A DNA stretch of 20,000 nt from Spongospora subterranea f. sp. subterranea (lineage: Eukaryota), in assembly GCA_049724395.1 (NCBI GenBank), contig JAUGWO010000040.1:48560-68559 (forward strand). The letters are read 5' to 3'. The number at the start of each line of letters is the position of its first letter. Position 1 is the stretch's first letter. The notes beneath the pieces were generated by a model. It did not search any database, was not told the origin of the DNA, and saw nothing but the letters and a program-made list of their open reading frames with translations. Made by a program: the position numbers and the translations under genes. Below are positions 18,577-20,000 of this stretch, piece after piece.

Positions 18577-20000
18577 CAGTGCCGGACATCTTAAACCTAC
18601 AATTTGTCTCAATTGATTTTGAAAAATGCGTAAAAAAGTGCGTAAAAAAAGAGAAAAGTGCGAAGAAGATTTTGGACCTTTATTGGATTTTAAACTTCAT
18701 TTATTATGGACTGCGGAATGGATCTGTGGCTCTTATACCGATGCACGGCGAACTCAACTTGTCGCATTGTTAAATATTGGCCATTTTTACATCGATACGC
18801 GTCCATGTATCGCCAGCTTTTTTGTGCAAATTTGCGAATAGAGGTTAGGGACACCGAATCTAAAGCTTCGGGCAACTGCCTGCATAATCCATTAGACGTG
18901 TAGTCGCAACGGGCGCGCATATATTGCTTGCAGCTCCCCCAATACATTTCGATATGATTGAATTCGCAATGGAATTTCGGGTAGAATATGATGCACTCCC
19001 CCGCATTGAATATTGTTTCGGCAAGCCATCCTTTTTGATTCATAAAATCAGGCTGACTCGCTAACACTGCGCGAGCCTGGCTTAACGACAAACCAGTTGG
19101 AGGCCACAGATTGCGCTCGGTAAGAATTGTTCGGATGCCCTTTTGGATTCCTGACGCAGTTTGCATTTGTTGGTCAATAGGACTTCCACTGTTATCAAAG
19201 AAAACCCCCTTGCGATATTCTCGACATGTTTCCCTCCATTGCTTAGGTTTAACCGCGACGCAACCAACGCATCCGGAGCCATCGCGTGGTGATTTTGAGA
19301 GTTATCAAACGCAAACAGTGCAACAGCTGAAGGATGTAAAATTTTGAAGATGGGAATTGCCTTTTCTCTGAACTTGCTTGACCAGGTCAGCGTTCGTCCA
19401 GTATCCATCACCATTCTTACCAGGCTTTATGATGACTCGAGCGTTGTTTGGCAGTTCAGGATGAAGGAGTTGCTGCTCTGGCGCTCGAGCTAGCCGACCG
19501 TGACACTCACAAAGGAATTCTGAAACCATAATGCTTTTCCCTTGCCCTTTGGGCCGTAACGGCTGTCGGTCTTTTTCCATCCAGATTGTTTGTTTTCCTT
19601 CGAAAGACGGAAAAACATGATTCATCATGCGTTACCAGTACTACCGGTTTCTCGGCATCTTGCAACTCAGGCTGCATAGATATCTCGAGATTATCGCCCA
19701 CGTAAGTGAACATTCGCCTTTGGAATGCAGACATTTCATTCAAAAACTTTTTTCATAATCGACTACATCTTCACGCTCGTGACCGTCAAAATATAATCCT
19801 TGCCGGTAGGCACAGTGCGAAAATCCAAGTCGGTGGAGCCACCGCTGTGCCGACCGTTCGTGAATATGAACAGGTTGTGCGTAATTTAAGCTTAAATGAA
19901 GCGATTCTCGTACCCAAAGTGCAAATGAGCGCCCACATATTGAGTCGGGGATTTGTGAACGAAGCCAAGCTTTGCAGATGTTCTGACGTTCTTGTCATCA
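18577..20000 (-). mobile_element. IS630/Tc1/mariner-related DNA transposon, continues beyond the window
   Basis: Terminus TA|CAGTGCCGGACA at 18575-18588, 113 bp beyond the transposase stop; interrupts element D. Confidence 0.8.
18690..20000 (-). pseudogene. DDE transposase with several frameshifts
   Basis: Joined frames: ERSAQRWLHRLGF..GLYFDGHEREDVV..VLVTHDES..RPKGQGKSIMVSEFL..GKNGDGYW..ALFAFDNSQNH..FYPKFHCEFNHIEMYWG. Confidence 0.87.

Overview
Gene-free eukaryotic transposon nest (a microbial eukaryote, fungus- or protist-like; the host cannot be fixed from sequence alone). In order: a degenerate Ty3/gypsy RT fragment (-), a Ty1/copia element with PPT and short 3' LTR (-), Tf1/sushi-type gypsy A (+), an orphan 455-bp LTR, gypsy B (-) with its 5' LTR, chromodomain gypsy C (+) with its 3' LTR, a second copia (+), chromodomain gypsy D (-) with its 3' LTR, and an IS630/Tc1-like transposase with a long DDE spacer (-). 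Gypsy A has a ~30x 29-bp tandem array in its leader and a G_GGA_AAC -1 frameshift signal. Two copies of a ~410-470 bp tRNA-box SINE-like element with (ATACC)n tails sit inside gypsy A and copia-2. The most unusual signal is in two sequence-unrelated LTRs. Both show a self-priming PBS plus an LTR hairpin in which a PBS-mimic sequesters the primer segment except its terminal AA. Many frameshifts and the interleaved SINE/host sequence may be assembly-consensus artefacts.
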